From Octopus sinensis (lineage: Eukaryota), in assembly GCF_006345805.1 (NCBI RefSeq), contig NC_043003.1, positions 33,790,001 through 33,854,000 of the forward strand: 64,000 nucleotides of DNA. Reading direction: 5' to 3'. Both the position numbers and the translations under genes were made by a program. A model generated the notes under the pieces. That model did not search any database, was not told the origin of the DNA, and saw nothing but the letters and a program-made list of their open reading frames with translations. Below are positions 63,501-64,000 of this stretch, one piece after another. Each line of letters begins with the position of its first letter. Position 1 is the first letter of the stretch.

Positions 63501-64000
63501 GTACGTATGTATTTATGTATGGCAAGAAAAATAGGGCAATGTAGAAGTGCATATATAGGCCTCCATATATCAATCTTTAGAAGGACTCTTCTTACAGAAT
63601 ATATCTGTATACATTGGTAAATACATTTATATATTATTGTTATATTTGTTATACAGAAATGAATATTTCTGTATAAAAGCAGACGTGAACTTTTGAACAC
63701 TTCGGGACTCTTACCAAAAATATGCAAGTGTCGAGTAAATTTTCGCAGAGTAACAGTTTACTGAAGATCGATAACAGCATCAATTATTCAAATATAAGCA
63801 GCTTGTGTAATGGGTTTGTTCATATTATTAACATGCCGAGAAACTTGACATTTTTACTTATATCAATTCTCTTGATCTCCGCTATGTGATTCATGAATGA
63901 TGTGCCATTAAACACTGTTTGAAAATTAGTCGATCCACCACGTCGCTAGCCTAATTTGTGACTGTGTTGGAAACAGTTAATCTATGCTTTTGATTTGGAA

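Overview
This is AT-rich, repeat-saturated eukaryotic DNA, very likely from an octopus. That call is inferred from recognising its tRNA-derived SINE families and from the extreme (TA)n/(CA)n/(ATT)n/(ACAT)n microsatellite load. I can identify no confident host gene, rRNA, tRNA gene or CRISPR array, and almost every ORF in the track is microsatellite translation or a TE fragment. The window contains: (1) non-LTR retroelement relics, namely a co-oriented head-to-tail array of Dong/R4-like RLE elements separated only by (TAA)n tracts (20.0-26.5 kb), plus L1/Tx1, CR1, RTE and CRE-like pieces; (2) three different Penelope-like fragments; (3) three SINE families; (4) DNA transposon relics and MITEs (mariner, maT/Tc1, Merlin, hAT, and one with a TA/TTAA target). 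The most interesting leads are the TAA-targeted Dong array with a non-coding passenger element that may use the same machinery, a mariner derivative built from two inverted left ends, a 185-bp near-perfect palindrome, a hidden Cys-spaced (PAN/apple-like) reading frame at 19.4-19.9 kb, and a duplicated 105-bp structured segment at 13-14 kb. All protein-family assignments come from reading motifs by eye. No database search was run, and relic boundaries are approximate.
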